Assembly: GCA_951406725.2 (NCBI GenBank)
Contig: OX597814.1
Coordinates: 207,018,001 to 207,082,000 of the forward strand
DNA: 64,000 nt
DNA from: Octopus vulgaris
Taxonomy: Eukaryota
Direction of reading: 5' to 3'
Part shown: piece by piece, positions 26,801 to 39,879 of the stretch
How positions within the stretch are numbered: the first letter of the stretch is position 1
How the letters are laid out: each line of letters opens with the position of its first letter
Translations under genes and position numbers: made by a program
The notes under the pieces: model-generated
Told to the model about the DNA's origin: nothing
The model's database searches: none
Seen by the model: only the letters and a program-made list of their open reading frames with translations

Positions 26801-27819
26801 GAAATATGGGATGTGATAATGGGTTGCATAGGTGGGGGAGGTGCAAATTGCTTGATTTGGATGGTCTGCTCTATGGTCTTTACTTTATATGCCACACTTA
26901 TTTGGTGGTCTTTCAGCAGATATCTACCATGACTGGCTGAAGAATAGGAGAATTTCCAATTCTGTGAGTCGAAGAACGGTGACACTGCTAATAAAGGGCC
27001 CAAACAAGGATTCTTCATGACTACATTGCATCCCATCAAGCTCTCCCCCCTACCCTATTTACCAGATTTAGCACCTGTTGACTTCCATCTATTCCCCAAA
27101 TGAAGAGGCAATCAAAGGTTGCTATTTTAATACCATTGTCATGATTCAGAGGAAACTGTTGAAAGTCCTCGATCTGCTGTGCAGTTTATTGCTGTGCAAG
27201 GTAACTATTTCAAAGAAAATGATTTTTAAAACATAGGCAAATAAGTTATTTTTTATTGAACATGATTAGTCCGGAAAGTTTTTGATAGCACTTTGTAAAC
27301 CAATATTGAAATAGAAGAAACATTTAAGACATGGAAATGCATATTAGTTTTTGAATAGAGTCTACTTTCATAGAAGCACATTGCCATCTTGTGATGTCTT
27401 TAAAGAGGGACTTTAGTTCATGAAACTGGTGAAGAATATGGAAAAAATGATGGAGAGAGAAATAATCATTCTACTGTTTTTCTGAAACGATTGAATGAAG
27501 GAAACCAAGGTAGACGGTGCCTGTGAGTTGTCTAGGTTGATTGTGTATTGGGGAGGCTTATTTCATTTTCTGCCTACCAGACCTACTCACAGAGCTTTGT
27601 TTGGCCTAAGGCTGTAGTTAAAGAGACTTTCCGAAGGTACCATACATTGAGACAACTTAAATTAAGGCAATTAAAAGTAATAGCAACAGAAGTAGTATTA
27701 ATACCAAAAGGCAATCTTTATATCCAACTAAATGTGAATGTTGTGTTAGAATACCAAATACTGCCTTATTTACCTTGAGAGGACCTCTCATATGGACACA
27801 CAGTCCATAAAATTTTTTC

Positions 27820-29065
27820 CATACAATTTAATATTTTTGGCACTTGTATTCTTTTCCTCTCACTTGTATGCTTAGGTTCAATCACCTGCTGTGGTGTTGG
27901 TACTTGGAACGTATCATACAACCATTCCATTGACTCCTCCAACTTCTTTGGTTCACTTTCCACGAATCTCTTTTTCAGAAGGTTCCTGTGTCTCTTTTGT
28001 ATGCCTTTTCTACTTTTTACCCAATACATTATTTTTACCTATTCATTTGGTAATTACGCCATCTTCCCAACTCTGCTTTCCATTCTTGTATGCCCTCATA
28101 TACACCTTTTCACCAACTTTAAAGAGTCTTGCTATGTCTTCCCTGGCACGTTTTGTTTTCTTGCCAGGGAGCAATTTATCAAAGACTAACTTAACTTTCC
28201 TTGCAAACATCAGCTCCACTGGTGAGCTACTGGCTGGTGTATTTGGATTTGGTGTCACACAGTACACTCTTAAAAATTGTTGTAGAGCTACCTCATTTGT
28301 AACTTCCTTATTCAACTTTCTTTGGGTTCTGTTGAAGGTGATGACAAAGCGTTTTGCACTGTACTTTATATGTTCTACCGTGAATGTTTCACAAATTTTT
28401 TATAATCCACTAGACACAAAATGCATTCCATTGTTAGACATTGTCTTGTCTGGGTGTAAAAAATATATCACAGTTGAGGGGGTTGGTTTTTTTTTACATT
28501 TTACAGTTTCAGGCCATCTTGAGAAGCTATCAACTACCACTAAGTAGTAAGAACCATTTAAAGAACCAGCAAAATCGGCGTGCAGTCTTCACCATAGACC
28601 AATGTTTAGTTTTTATTGTCGGCAATTTTTTGTTTCATTTTGGCTTACATACCAGTGTTCCACTCTGTTTTACTGCAGTTTTTTGTTTCAGTCCCTCAGC
28701 CACATTCAAACCTTTGACTGATCCAACTATATTTCCACACAAAGCACTTATGGGTGTATTCCATACTTTGAATAATTCCATCCACCCTGTGCCGAATAAA
28801 TTAACTGAACTTTTTAACACAAATTTTGCCTTTTTCATTTGACCTTGAAATGTTACATTACATACAAATTCACAGAAAAAATATAATCTTTTTCCTGTTA
28901 CACCATGTACTGCCTTTTTTGATTTAATTAATTTCAGCTTACCAACATATTTCCACGGTTTTTCATTTATAATGGTGATATCACTGACCATGTCCAACTG
29001 CATTTTAACTGATTTTCACCTTCATGAATTTCCTCATTGTTATATTGCCAATTTCTTCTGATGGC
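27820..29065 (-). mobile_element. Gypsy remnant (duplicate of 12880-14110)
   Basis: ORFs 28043-28315 and 28635-29003. Confidence 0.75.
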
Positions 29066-29136
29066 ATACTATTTATTCTTTCTCCTTTGCTGTACCATTT
29101 TGTCATCTGCATTCTACAGTGCTTCTTTATTTGTCC

Positions 29137-31808
29137 TACTCTGTTGGACATGCACACTGACACTGGCATGGAAGCATACTGGCTTCATTTCTTTCTACTC
29201 TACACATGTCTTCGGCTATCACAGCCCATGTTTCAATGCCATGTAGTGTAATTGTTCACACACAAGCATTATGCAATCTGCCTTTCACTCTGAGGGAGAT
29301 GCCCTTTGTTGTCATAAGAGGTAGAAACTCTCTGAACTTTGCCCAGCGTAATCTTATTCTCACAGCTATGCTCTTGGAGTATCCATCTTCGCTACTAACT
29401 TGGTCACCCAGGTAACAGAAGCTATCTACTACCTCTGGTATACCCCTAGTTGATGGAGCCTAAATTCTGCACACTTTCAGCGTTTATTGTACCTGTACAT
29501 CTTCCACACACAAAACCTATTTTTCCCTGTTAACCTTCCTCTGGCATTGCTGCATCTTTTATATTTCCAAAGCTTACACCAGGTCCATCTTATGGAATTT
29601 CTGCCCATGCCTTTTTTAAAGATCAAATAAGGCGATCTACCTGAAGGGATTTGTGATTTGTTTGCCTTCCTACTTACTAGGACTTTGGTTTTTGCTAGAT
29701 CAACTCTAAATCTCTTCAATTCTAAACCTTGCTTCCATACCTGAACCTTCTTTAGTTCTTGTAGTGATTCTACTATGAGAGCATAGAAGAGCTCCCAGGG
29801 GAAGCCTGTCTAGAATTCCTCCGTTAATACCTGGAGGACTATGATGAACAAGCGGGGTTGAGCACCCTGAATTATTCACTGTACTCGTTACCAACCCTCA
29901 CCTTACTGATAACATCCCTGTACAGGGCTTGTACAACTCTTACCAACCATTCATCTATCCCTAGTTTCCGCATTGACCACCAGATAACGGATCAGAGAAT
30001 TCTGTCAAAAGCTTTCTCCATGTCAACAAAAAGCCAGGTACAGAGGTTTATCTTTGGCTATATATTTCTCCTGCAACTGTCTTACCAGAAATATAGCATC
30101 AGTGGTGCTTCTGCCTGGCACAAAACCAAACTGCACTTCATCTAAACTAATTCCCTCCCTAAGTAGTTGGGCTACGGCCCTTTCCATGACTCATCCCCTG
30201 ATCCAACTATTTGATACCTCTGTAATTATTTCTATCTAAATCATCACCTTTACCCTTGTAGCTGTTGACTATGGTGCTGCTACACCAGTCATTGAGTATG
30301 ATTCCTTCATGAACTACCTGATTTACAATACGTGTAACTCAACTATAACCCACACCACCAGATATTTTAAGCATCTCAGCAGTGATTCCTGATGGGGTGG
30401 GGGCTTTCCCTGTCATCAAACCCTTAATTGCTTTATCCATCAAGGTACTGTCAATTTGGATAGACTCCCCTCCTCCCATTCATTCTCCACATTCAGCAGT
30501 CTTTCATAATAGCATTTCCATGCCTCTTTCTTTGCAGAATCATTAAACTCAAGTGCACCATCATCGATGCACATACATTTCTCTCCTATAACATCACAAT
30601 TTTATCTCACTCACTGTCTTACAATCTGAAACACATCAGTTCTTTGGTCCTCACATCACTGAACAGAGGCAAACTTCTTTTCTGCTTCTCCCTTGGCTAG
30701 ATATACCTGTCTCCTAGCTTCCTAGCTTCCCTTCAGGCAATTTAAACAGTTTCCTGCTATCCCCACTCCTCCAGGTCTTCCAGGCCTGTTTCTTTGCTTT
30801 AATGGCCCTGTCTACTGCATCGTTCCACCACTATGTTACCCTAAGTCTGGAAGGGACTTTGCACCAGCTGCAGATTTGGTCTGTGGCACTCAGCAAGCTG
30901 TCCCACAAGAATTCCTAGTTGCCCTGTATGTTACAAGTCTGTAGCTCCTCCTCCTCCCTCTCATCAGATTTCTCAGTTTGGATGTCCCTAAATCTCTGAC
31001 CATATGAGGGGTCCTTAAGCTTCCAAATTCTTCTTATCCAGATTGGTCTGCTTCTTGGCATCCTTCTGGCCTGGAGTCTAAAGACATTATTGATTAGTCT
31101 ATGCTGGGGGGTACATTCTTCACCAGGGAAAGTCTTTGCATTTAAGAGCAACCATACATCCCACTGTCTGGTCAGGATGTAATCAATCTGGTTAGCAGAA
31201 ACACCTGACTGATAGGTTATCAGGTAGCTGATTGGCTTCCTGAAGTTGGTGTTGCAAATCAGTTGGTTATTTGCATCACAGAACTTCAGTAGCCTTTTTC
31301 CATTTTCATTTCAGGAACCCATTCTATGGTTCCCATGTACACCATGGAAATTATTGGGCAGCCATCTGGCATGCCCATTTGAATCCCCCAGCCATGAAGG
31401 CGAGATCTTTGTCACTCATCTTTGAAGTAGCCTGCAGAAGAATATCATAAAAGTGGTCCATCTGAACATTTGGTAGGCCCACTTGTGGGATGTAGGCAAA
31501 TATAATTGTAGCCATACAATTCTGTAAGACTAGCCTGAACTTAAGTATTCTATCACATATTCTAACTACCTCTATGACCTTATTCACCCATTTATTATCT
31601 AGAAGTATGCCCACCTCACTTGCCCCATCACTGTTACCTTCCCAGAAGATTTTATACCCTTGAGTCTTGCCTGTGAGGAATCTGACTGAAGCTCCTTTCC
31701 ACCTTACCCCTTGAATGCAACATATCTCAACATGCCTCCTTTCAAGTATCTCTACAATCTAGTTAGACCTACTTTTCAGTGTACCTACATTGTGGGTGCC
31801 AACTCTAA
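29137..31808 (-). mobile_element. Degenerate RTE-clade LINE (duplicate of 14180-16850)
   Basis: ORFs 31351-31614, 30915-31151 and 29477-29894. Confidence 0.85.
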
Positions 31809-32576
31809 AATTCGCACAGCTAAAACTTTTGTGTGTATGTTAACTCCTCTTCAAGTTTCTATTAACCCCACATGAATTGGTTTATCCTGTTATAATTCTT
31901 AAAATGTTGAATTGTTTTAATGCCTATTTTGGGATACAGTATATTTAGTAAAACTAATTAAGACACAACTATCTCTGACCACCTACCGTGTACTCTGGTA
32001 CTTCACGTACTTCTCTTTACTTACAGTGACTAGGTTATTCCATTGGTCACATGGGAAGGGTATACCATTATTACTAATTCCCAACAACACTTGTACTCTG
32101 GTTTTGTTACTGAAATGTTTTTGGACATATGAGATGCAAGAAAAATAACCTCAACTTCAACATTCTTGATAGACATTTCAACAGAAAACACAAGACTCAG
32201 CAGTTTTAATCAGAATGGTGAGTGGAGAGAAGAAACAATACAACTTCAGCTACATGAAGACACCATTGCCACATGTTTAACTTCACTAACATCACATCAG
32301 TGGCCATGTAAAGTGTGGGAGTTTTTTCTGCTGCATTCACTATAATACCATATTGACATAGGTTTCATGTCTCTCAGAAGACAGGCAGGCCATACACAGA
32401 ATAGCTTTGATCTGAATGACAAAGTAATTTTCCCCTCTTGTTTGTTACTGATTAGAAATGAACCATTAAATATTTCAAATATTTTGTCATGCTTTTGTTA
32501 TATTAAATCTCTTCTATTTGCAAAAATGAAAAAATTAAGCATAAAAATAATTCTGATTGTTTTTTTGTTTTAACAG

Positions 32577-32622
32577 AAATTTCGTGAATATCTCTTAAAA
32601 ACTGAAAAATTTCATTCAAAAG
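32577..32622 (+). CDS. Macro-PARP exon D2
   Basis: Identical to D1; AG/GT intact. Confidence 0.8.
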
Positions 32623-33019
32623 GTAAATAATTTGTTCATTAATATTGAATATTATTATGACCTCTATACCTGTGGGATGTGCCCTGGCACCTGGCCTTCC
32701 ACTATTTATTTCTCGCTTCCTTACTTTACCATCCCATCTAGGCCATGGTCCCTATCCTTTGTGAGGATACCCTGGCACCTCTCTTCCACTCCCACTCTCC
32801 CTCTCTCCCTTTGCTTTCCCTCTGGTAGGGTAACCACATATCTCCCTCCTTCTGTCTTCTCTCTCACATTGGGTAACCGTGTATCTCCTCTTCAGCAGCA
32901 TGCCTGTTTCTGCTCTCATTCTTAACCATACACCCTCTCTCTCACTCTCCTTCCCTTGCTCTTCCCTCTAACTAGGTAACCATTCATCTCATTTACACCA
33001 GAACATCTGTTCCTACCTT

Positions 33020-33240
33020 CTTTCATGTTATCTCTCACTCCCTCTCCCCCTTTCTTCTCTCACTCTCCCTTTCTTCTCTCTCTCTCCCTTCTTCTCTCTC
33101 TCTCCCTTTCTTCTCTCTCTCTCCCTTTCTTCTCTTCCCTTCTCTCTCTCCCTTCTCCTCTCTCACCCCTTCTTCTCTTTCTCTCTCACTTTCTCTCCTT
33201 TTCTTCAATTCCCCTCTCTCTCTCTCTCTCTCTCTGTAAC
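33020..33240. repeat. CT-rich low-complexity tract
   Basis: Imperfect (CT)n/(CTT)n. Confidence 0.9.
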
Positions 33241-33339
33241 CATGTATCTCCTCTACAGCAAGACATCTGTTTCTGTCTCTCTCCAACCATTCATCATCTG
33301 GCACAAGCTCCCCTCCTCCAGTGCTGCCTCTCCTTTGTC

Positions 33340-33615
33340 TTGCAAGGTTACTTGGTTACCCTGCTGGTGCCACTTAAAAAGCACCCAGTCTATGCTGTGA
33401 AGTGGTTGCTATTTGGAAGGGCATCCAGCTGTAAAAATCTTGCCAAAACTGACCTCACCTGTGATTGTGCCATGTAAAAAGCACTGCTAAGTGGTTGGTG
33501 TTAGGAAGGGCATCCAGCTGTAAGAATCCAACCAAGACAATTACAGAAGTCTGGTGCAGGCTTCTGTAAAACCATCCAACTCATGCTAGCATGGAATGAG
33601 GATGTTAAATTATGA
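33340..33615 (+). mobile_element. Degenerate RTE 3' tail repeat
   Basis: Two GGAAGGGCATCCAGCTGTAA units and a decayed GAT tail. Confidence 0.65.
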
Positions 33616-33755
33616 TGGCAATGGCAGAAAGCAACCAGATGGCCTTACCCTGTGTCCCTGGGTAAGAGGTAGGTGTCTCTCTATGTTGTCTGCAATACTG
33701 AATATTCTCAAACATTCAGTTATCCATGTGTGTAGAATCATATCATAGGCTTTCT

Positions 33756-34903
33756 GCATCTGTTCAGTTTGGCGTACAAATTTTTTAATTTTTGAAACTT
33801 TGTATACTGGTAGAATTTCTCAGGCAGAACAGTTTACTTTAAACATTTTTGACAAAATTTCATATTTTAGAAGTTATTTCAGGTTAAAGTTGTTGTATTT
33901 GGGTAATTTTAACCAATCAACGATGTGTATTCAGTTGACGAAAGCTACTGCTGTTTGCGATAGTAATCGAAGAGGAACAACTTACGGGTCATCTCTACTA
34001 AATGTCACCACTCTGTTCTATTCATATGTCGAGCGAAGACAATGTCACCTTTATCCTTTATTCCTTCCTAGTCAGCACCATGCATTCCTTACTCTTTCCC
34101 TCCCTACTGGCAGACAGCCACTTCTACACTATCAACTAGCAACCAGTGAGTGAACTTGTCTCTACCACTACAATTACCGTATTTCTGGTGTATAAGTCAC
34201 TATTTTTTACCTGGAAAATTTAGAGTGCCCTTTATGGAAAAGTGCACCTAATATGTGTACTTTTATAAGTTTCAGGAGGAAAATAATTTGTGTATGGAGA
34301 TTGACTGATTCTGCTGAATTTTTCAAGGAAAGATTGGTTGGTGAACAATGTGAAAGACTACGGCTTCAGTACATTGGTGCCTGGAAGAAAACACAGCATA
34401 TTTATTTTGTTTTACCTTCATGTTTTTATAATGTTATTTTTAATCTAATAGAGACTTTCATATTGATGAAAAGTGTTTGTTGATGATTATAGTAAGATAA
34501 AATCATAACAATAATAATATATCTCATAGTGTCGATCAGTGTTACTCCGATGCAAGAACCTAAAACAAAAAAAAATGTGTATAATATGCAACATGGACAG
34601 TAAACAATAAATAAAATAGTGCAGAGTGGCAACATTTAGTAGAAATTACCTGGAAGTTGTTCCTCTTCAATTACTATCGCAAACAGCAGTAGCTTTCTTC
34701 AACTGAATACATGTTTTTGATTGGTTAGAGTTACCCAAATGCAACAACTTTAACATGAAATAACTTCTAAAATACGAAATTTTGTCAAAAATGTTTAAAG
34801 TAAACCATATTCTGCATGAGAAATTTCACCAGTATACAAAATTTCAAACTGTTTAGTTAAAAAAAAATTAATAAAAAATCTGTGAGCCAGATTGAACAGA
34901 TCT
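33756..34903. mobile_element. Non-autonomous foldback DNA transposon (MULE-like) with ~270-290 bp TIRs
   Basis: 33756-34022 is the imperfect reverse complement of 34614-34903; direct repeat GGCTTTCT on both flanks (33748-33755, 34904-34911). Confidence 0.8.
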
Positions 34904-35004
34904 GGCTTTCTTATTATCTATCCATGCTATTGTTAAATTTTTCTTTCTAGATTTTACTTTATTTAGAACTGAATTATCTGTATATAATAGATCATGTGCT
35001 TCTC

Positions 35005-36125
35005 TAGCATTCTTCCTGCAACAATTCACTGCTACCATCATTCTTCCAGTCCTTCCAAGCCTGTTTCTTTTCCCTAATGGCCCTTTTAACTACATTGTTC
35101 CACCACTAAATTACCTTGGGTCGAGAGGGGACTTTGCACCATCCACAGATCTGTTTCGTGGTCCTCAACATGTTGTCCTGTTGGAACCTCCAGTTGTCTT
35201 CAACATCATGTGATGCTATGTCCCCTTCTATTTTGTCAAAAGCTTTGACTAATATGTCTCTAAATCTCTATCCATTCACAAGATCCTTAAGCTTCCAGAC
35301 CCTTCTTGTCCATGCTGGTCATCCATTTAGCCCTGATCCTGAAGTCACTAACTACTAATCTATGTTGTGAGGTACATTCTTGACATGGGAACATTTTGGC
35401 ATTTATAGGTAGCCATCTTTCCCATTTCCTGGTGAGGGTGTAATCATTTTGACTAGTGTGTCCACCAGATCAGTAGGTGAATAGATGACTGGCAGGTTTC
35501 CTGAAGTTATCATTACAAACCAGAAGATCATTTGCATCGTAGAACTCCAGCAGCCTGGTTCCCTCCTCATTACAGGAACCAAAACCGTAGCATCAGTGTA
35601 TGCCATGGAAGCCCCTTGCATGTTGTCCAACTTGTCCATTGAAGTTGCCAGCCACAAAGAGAAGGTCCCTGTTGTTCATCCACAAGGTAATCTGCAAGAG
35701 GAAGGGTGTCATAAAATTAGTCTTTCTGTTCATCTGGTAGCCCTGGCTGAGGAGCATAAGCTGAGATAATGGTTGCTAATCCATGTTGCAGCACTAATCT
35801 AATCCTAAGTATTCTATCGCAGACTCTGACTACCTCGATTACCTTATCAACCCATTTCTCTGCAAGAAGTATACCCACGCCCCCGACCCCATGTGTGTTC
35901 CCTACCCAGAAAATCTTACACCTATGTTCTTTGCCTGTGAGGAACCTAGCAGAACCTCCTCTCCACCTTACTTCTTGGATGCAGCACAAATCTACATGTC
36001 TCTACTCGAGCATTTCATGAATCTCACCAGACCTATCTGTCAGTGTGCCAACTCTATGGATGTGGGAGGTGTGGGCCTGAGAAACCTTGGGATGGGGGAC
36101 AGCAATATCATATACCTGAAAAGAA
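35005..36125 (-). mobile_element. RTE-clade LINE, 5' part (APE endonuclease)
   Basis: ORF 35717-35989 CCIQEVRWRG..GVGILLAEKWVDKVIEVVRVCDRIL..ISAYAPQ. Confidence 0.85.
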
Positions 36126-36799
36126 AGCTCACATTTGGTTGAACTCATAAACATACATTAGCCTTCACCCTTCATACACTACACCATCATTTTATGTGCT
36201 ACATAATTACTACATTACATAGGAGATAAACCCTAAGTAGGGACGGGAGAGCATTAAGCCTTTGGAAATGTTCAGGGGAAAGACATCCGATAGAGGTCTG
36301 AGAATAAAGACTTCTGTGAAACAGCAAACACTCTGGCTGCTGGTGTGGAATAATAATAATAATAATAATAATGAGATAGAATTGGACATTTGCATTCTTA
36401 ACTAGAGCTATAAGCAACAGTTTTCAGTCAGCCAAACTATGACAAAATTAAATGAATGAATGGCTGAATGGCAATAATAAATGAGTGTAAGAGAAAGGGA
36501 GAGCTGGATTGAGCATAGGGATCTTAAGTTTTTTTCTCGAAACATACAGCTTGGAAGACTATGCTGACATACATAATGAAATAATAAAGTAATCATAATT
36601 TGCACTGTAAAAACAGGTTTTAGATGTGTGCTAGGTTGGAAATCAAAGTTGCTCGGCAAGAGAGATCAATACTACGAGAGATCAGTACTAGTCTTACAAA
36701 GAGTAAGTCCTGTAGCTGATTTGTTCAACTAGATGTGGTGTTCTAGCATGGCTTCAGTGAGATGACTGAAACAAATAAAAGAATATAGATACATGTATA

Positions 36800-37105
36800 A
36801 AAAGCACCATTCGAGTGTGGTCGATGCTACTACCAACTGACTGGCTCACGTGCCAGTGACACATAAAAAGTACTATTCTAGCATGGTCAGTGCCAGTGCT
36901 GCCTGATTGACCCACATGCCAGTGGCACACAAAATGCGCCCACAACACTCACGGAGTGGTTGGTGTTAGGAAGGGCATCCAGCTGTAAAAACCTTGCCAG
37001 ATCAGATTGGAACCTGGTACAGCCTCCTGGCTTGCCAGTCCTCAGTGAAACCATCCAACCCATGCCCGCATGGAAAGCAGGCATTAAACAATTATCATCA
37101 TGATG
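36800..37105 (+). mobile_element. RTE 3' tail repeat
   Basis: Same family as 9240-9470. Confidence 0.7.
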
Positions 37106-37158
37106 ATATGTATACATAACATACAACATACACCTTGATATTTGTTTATTTTTTTCAG

Positions 37159-37295
37159 ACACTGCATCACCAAACCCATCCCTTCCTGGTCCACAACAGA
37201 AAGCAGCCCCTATGACACCCAGAACTAATGTGGCTTCCGGAGAAAATGCTGGCATTGAAATAAACCTAATGACTGATTCAATTTCTAATGCATCT
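37159..37295 (+). CDS. Macro-PARP exon A3
   Basis: 137 nt, AG/GTGAGT; TASPNPSLPGPQQKAAPMTPRTNVASGENAGIEINLMTDSISNAS. Confidence 0.85.
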
Positions 37296-37576
37296 GTGAG
37301 TAAATAGATTCACTTAACATATTTGTATTTAATTGTTATTTCATTTCCAAATGAGGAATCATTACAGTTAATTAAAACATTTTCTCAATCAAACTCAAAC
37401 ATTTTATTTCCTTCACATCTGATATCCTGAGTATATCTTTTGCGAACTTTAACAACCTCAAACTTACTACAGCCATTCTGTAGAGCCTTTCTTAACAACA
37501 ATATCAACTGCAACAATGTATCTCTCTTCTCTCCGCGGAATGTTCCTTAGTTGTTTACCATTAATTACTTTTGTAG

Positions 37577-37804
37577 GTTGATGTCATCATTAACAGCACC
37601 AATAAAATCCTCCAGCTTAATGATGGTTCTATCTCCAAATTTATTCTCAATGCTGCTGGTCCACAGATACAAGATGAATGTAGCCAGAAATATCCTCAAG
37701 GTATTTCTACATCAGAAATTGCCATCACTAAAGGATATAACCTCGAATGTAAGAATGTATTTCATCTGGCATTACCTCCCTGGGATGAAAATTCCTCTGA
37801 TTTA
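37577..37804 (+). CDS. Macro-PARP exon B3
   Basis: 228 nt, AG/GTAAGT; VDVIINSTNKILQLNDGSISKFILNAAGPQIQDECSQKYPQGISTSEIAITKGYNLECKNVFHLALPPWDENSSDL. Confidence 0.92.
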
Positions 37805-38403
37805 GTAAGTATCAATCATATGATATTGATTTATTGAAACAGTTAATGTTTGAAGAGAACCTTATGCATGTTGTGTGAGAATCATAAAGCAAATGTCAGC
37901 ATCCTGTTTAATATTTGTTCTTCCAAGTTATCGTTGGAAGGAAGCAGAAGATATCGATGAACAGGACACTTTTATATATAAATAGAAGGAAAAAAGCCTC
38001 ATGGCCTAACAACAGTTATGTGACTGATAAATAAGACTATATTAAAACATATTTCTCTGTTTTACTCTCTGTATTGGTGAGTTTTTCTCTGTCATGGCAT
38101 GAGCACTAGAGAGGTTGTCATGTCCTCAACAACACTAAAGACTCCTCTTGGGTCTGCATTCTCTCTCTTCCTTCACCAATCATTTTACACGGTGGATGGG
38201 GGTCTGACTTATTGTAGCAGCAACATGAGTGAGGTTGCCTTGTCCCTTGCAGGACTAAAGAGTGATAGGAATGACAGTTGTGTTTAGAAGTGGTAGGTGT
38301 GAGAGGAGGATATATTTATTACAACTTAATGGTTTCTTCCTGTAATAAGAAAATAATTTAATAAAATGTTCATTATCAATTACTAAACAATTATTTTTTT
38401 TAG

Positions 38404-38631
38404 ATTCTGGCAAACTTGACTCAAATAATAACCACTTGTCTGGAAAATGCTGAGAGAATGGGAGCAAAGAGCCTTGCATTTCCTATAATAGGATCTGGAG
38501 TACTGAAGTACCCCATTGAAAAACTACCTAGAACTATGTATGAAGCAGTGAAAAGCTACTCAAATCTAAATTCAAGCCAGATCAAAGTTGTAAACTTCGT
38601 TGTTTTTCCTCCAGACAAAGAAATAGCAAAG
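38404..38631 (+). CDS. Macro-PARP exon C3
   Basis: 228 nt, AG/GTTGGT; ..CLENAERMGAKSLAFPIIGSGVLKYP..VNFVVFPPDKEIAK, with canonical SLAFPxIGxG motif. Confidence 0.92.
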
Positions 38632-39464
38632 GTTGGTTGATGTATTTGTTGTTTGTTGTTTGATGTTGATATTCTTGGAATTTACCAAAAACCAATATTC
38701 CGCAATAAAGAAAAGAAAATAGAAATGACCCTCATAATAATTTACTGCCCTTGTTCCATACTTTCATGGGTGCAACATTTTGACTGGCTCCAATGAGCCA
38801 CAAGGGTTTATTGAACCCCAGTGTCTGCTTTGGCATGGTTTCTATGGCTGGATGCCATTCCTAATGCCAACCACTTCACAGCATGTCCTGGGTACCTTTC
38901 TTCATGTTACCTTTAATGCTGTTCATTATATTTTGTTGTGCTTTATCCTTTCATTATACCATTTCCCATCACCAAATTCTTGCTTCTGAAATATTCCATT
39001 GTAACATTTGAAGCTAAGAATGTTTTGTTTGTTGTTGTTGTTGTTGTATCCAAAACCAACTCTACAAGAATTGCTAACACTGAAGGTCTTCTTTGCAGTT
39101 TGGCTGCTGATCTTATTGTTCTTATTTAACCCCGAGTCGGTTCTGATTCAGCAGATTTGAAGTCAGTGATGTCTGTCTTCCTTTCACTCTTTTCTTCCTC
39201 TTCTTCCAAGCTGCCACAATCAAGACACATTTCACAATTCCACACCAATAATCTCTGTCTGCACCCCCTTACTCTGCTTCTTGTTCTGTGTCTTTTCCAA
39301 GAATATCAATGTAACTGAGTGGAACTCAACCTCCTGTCGGAGTGTGGAAATCTCCAAAATATAAAATCTGATCTGGTCAAGAGTTCAACAAAGTAGCAGG
39401 GGTCAGCAAACCCTATTCTGTGTTTGAGCATCGATAGCAGAGATGGGTGGAATATCAACTTCAT

Positions 39465-39845
39465 CATTGTTTAACATCTGTTGTCCATGCTGGATTGGGT
39501 TGGATAGTTTGACTGGGCTGGCATGCTGGAAGGCTGTACCAGGTTTCAGTCTGATTTGGCATGCTTTTTTACGACTTGATGCCCTTCCTAATGCCAACCA
39601 CTCTGAGAGTATAATGGGGTTTTTATGTGCCACTAGCGTGGGTGCTGTTTGCATGGCACTGGGTTGGGTTTATGTCCCATTGGTATGGGTGCAAATTTGC
39701 ATGAAACTGGTATCTGCCACAGCTGCAATTTTCCTTGGCTTGATGGGTCTTTTTCTCAAGCAAGACATAATACCAAAAGTCTTGGTCATTACCTCTATCA
39801 GGCCCAACACTCAAAAGGAACTCAGCTGTTTTGCCTCCAGGAAGC
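39465..39845 (-). mobile_element. RTE 3' tail repeat
   Basis: GATGCCCTTCCTAATGCCAACCAC family motif. Confidence 0.65.
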
Positions 39846-39879
39846 CCAATAACTTACTGCTTTCTTCATAGAGAAGCAT

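Larger units (their letters stand above)
17954..32897. repeat. Tandem segmental duplication, copy 2 (~14.9 kb)
   Basis: Junction ...CTCTTCAGCA-A-TAAAATATACG at 17945-17964; similarity ends at CTTCAGCA 32897. Confidence 0.95.
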
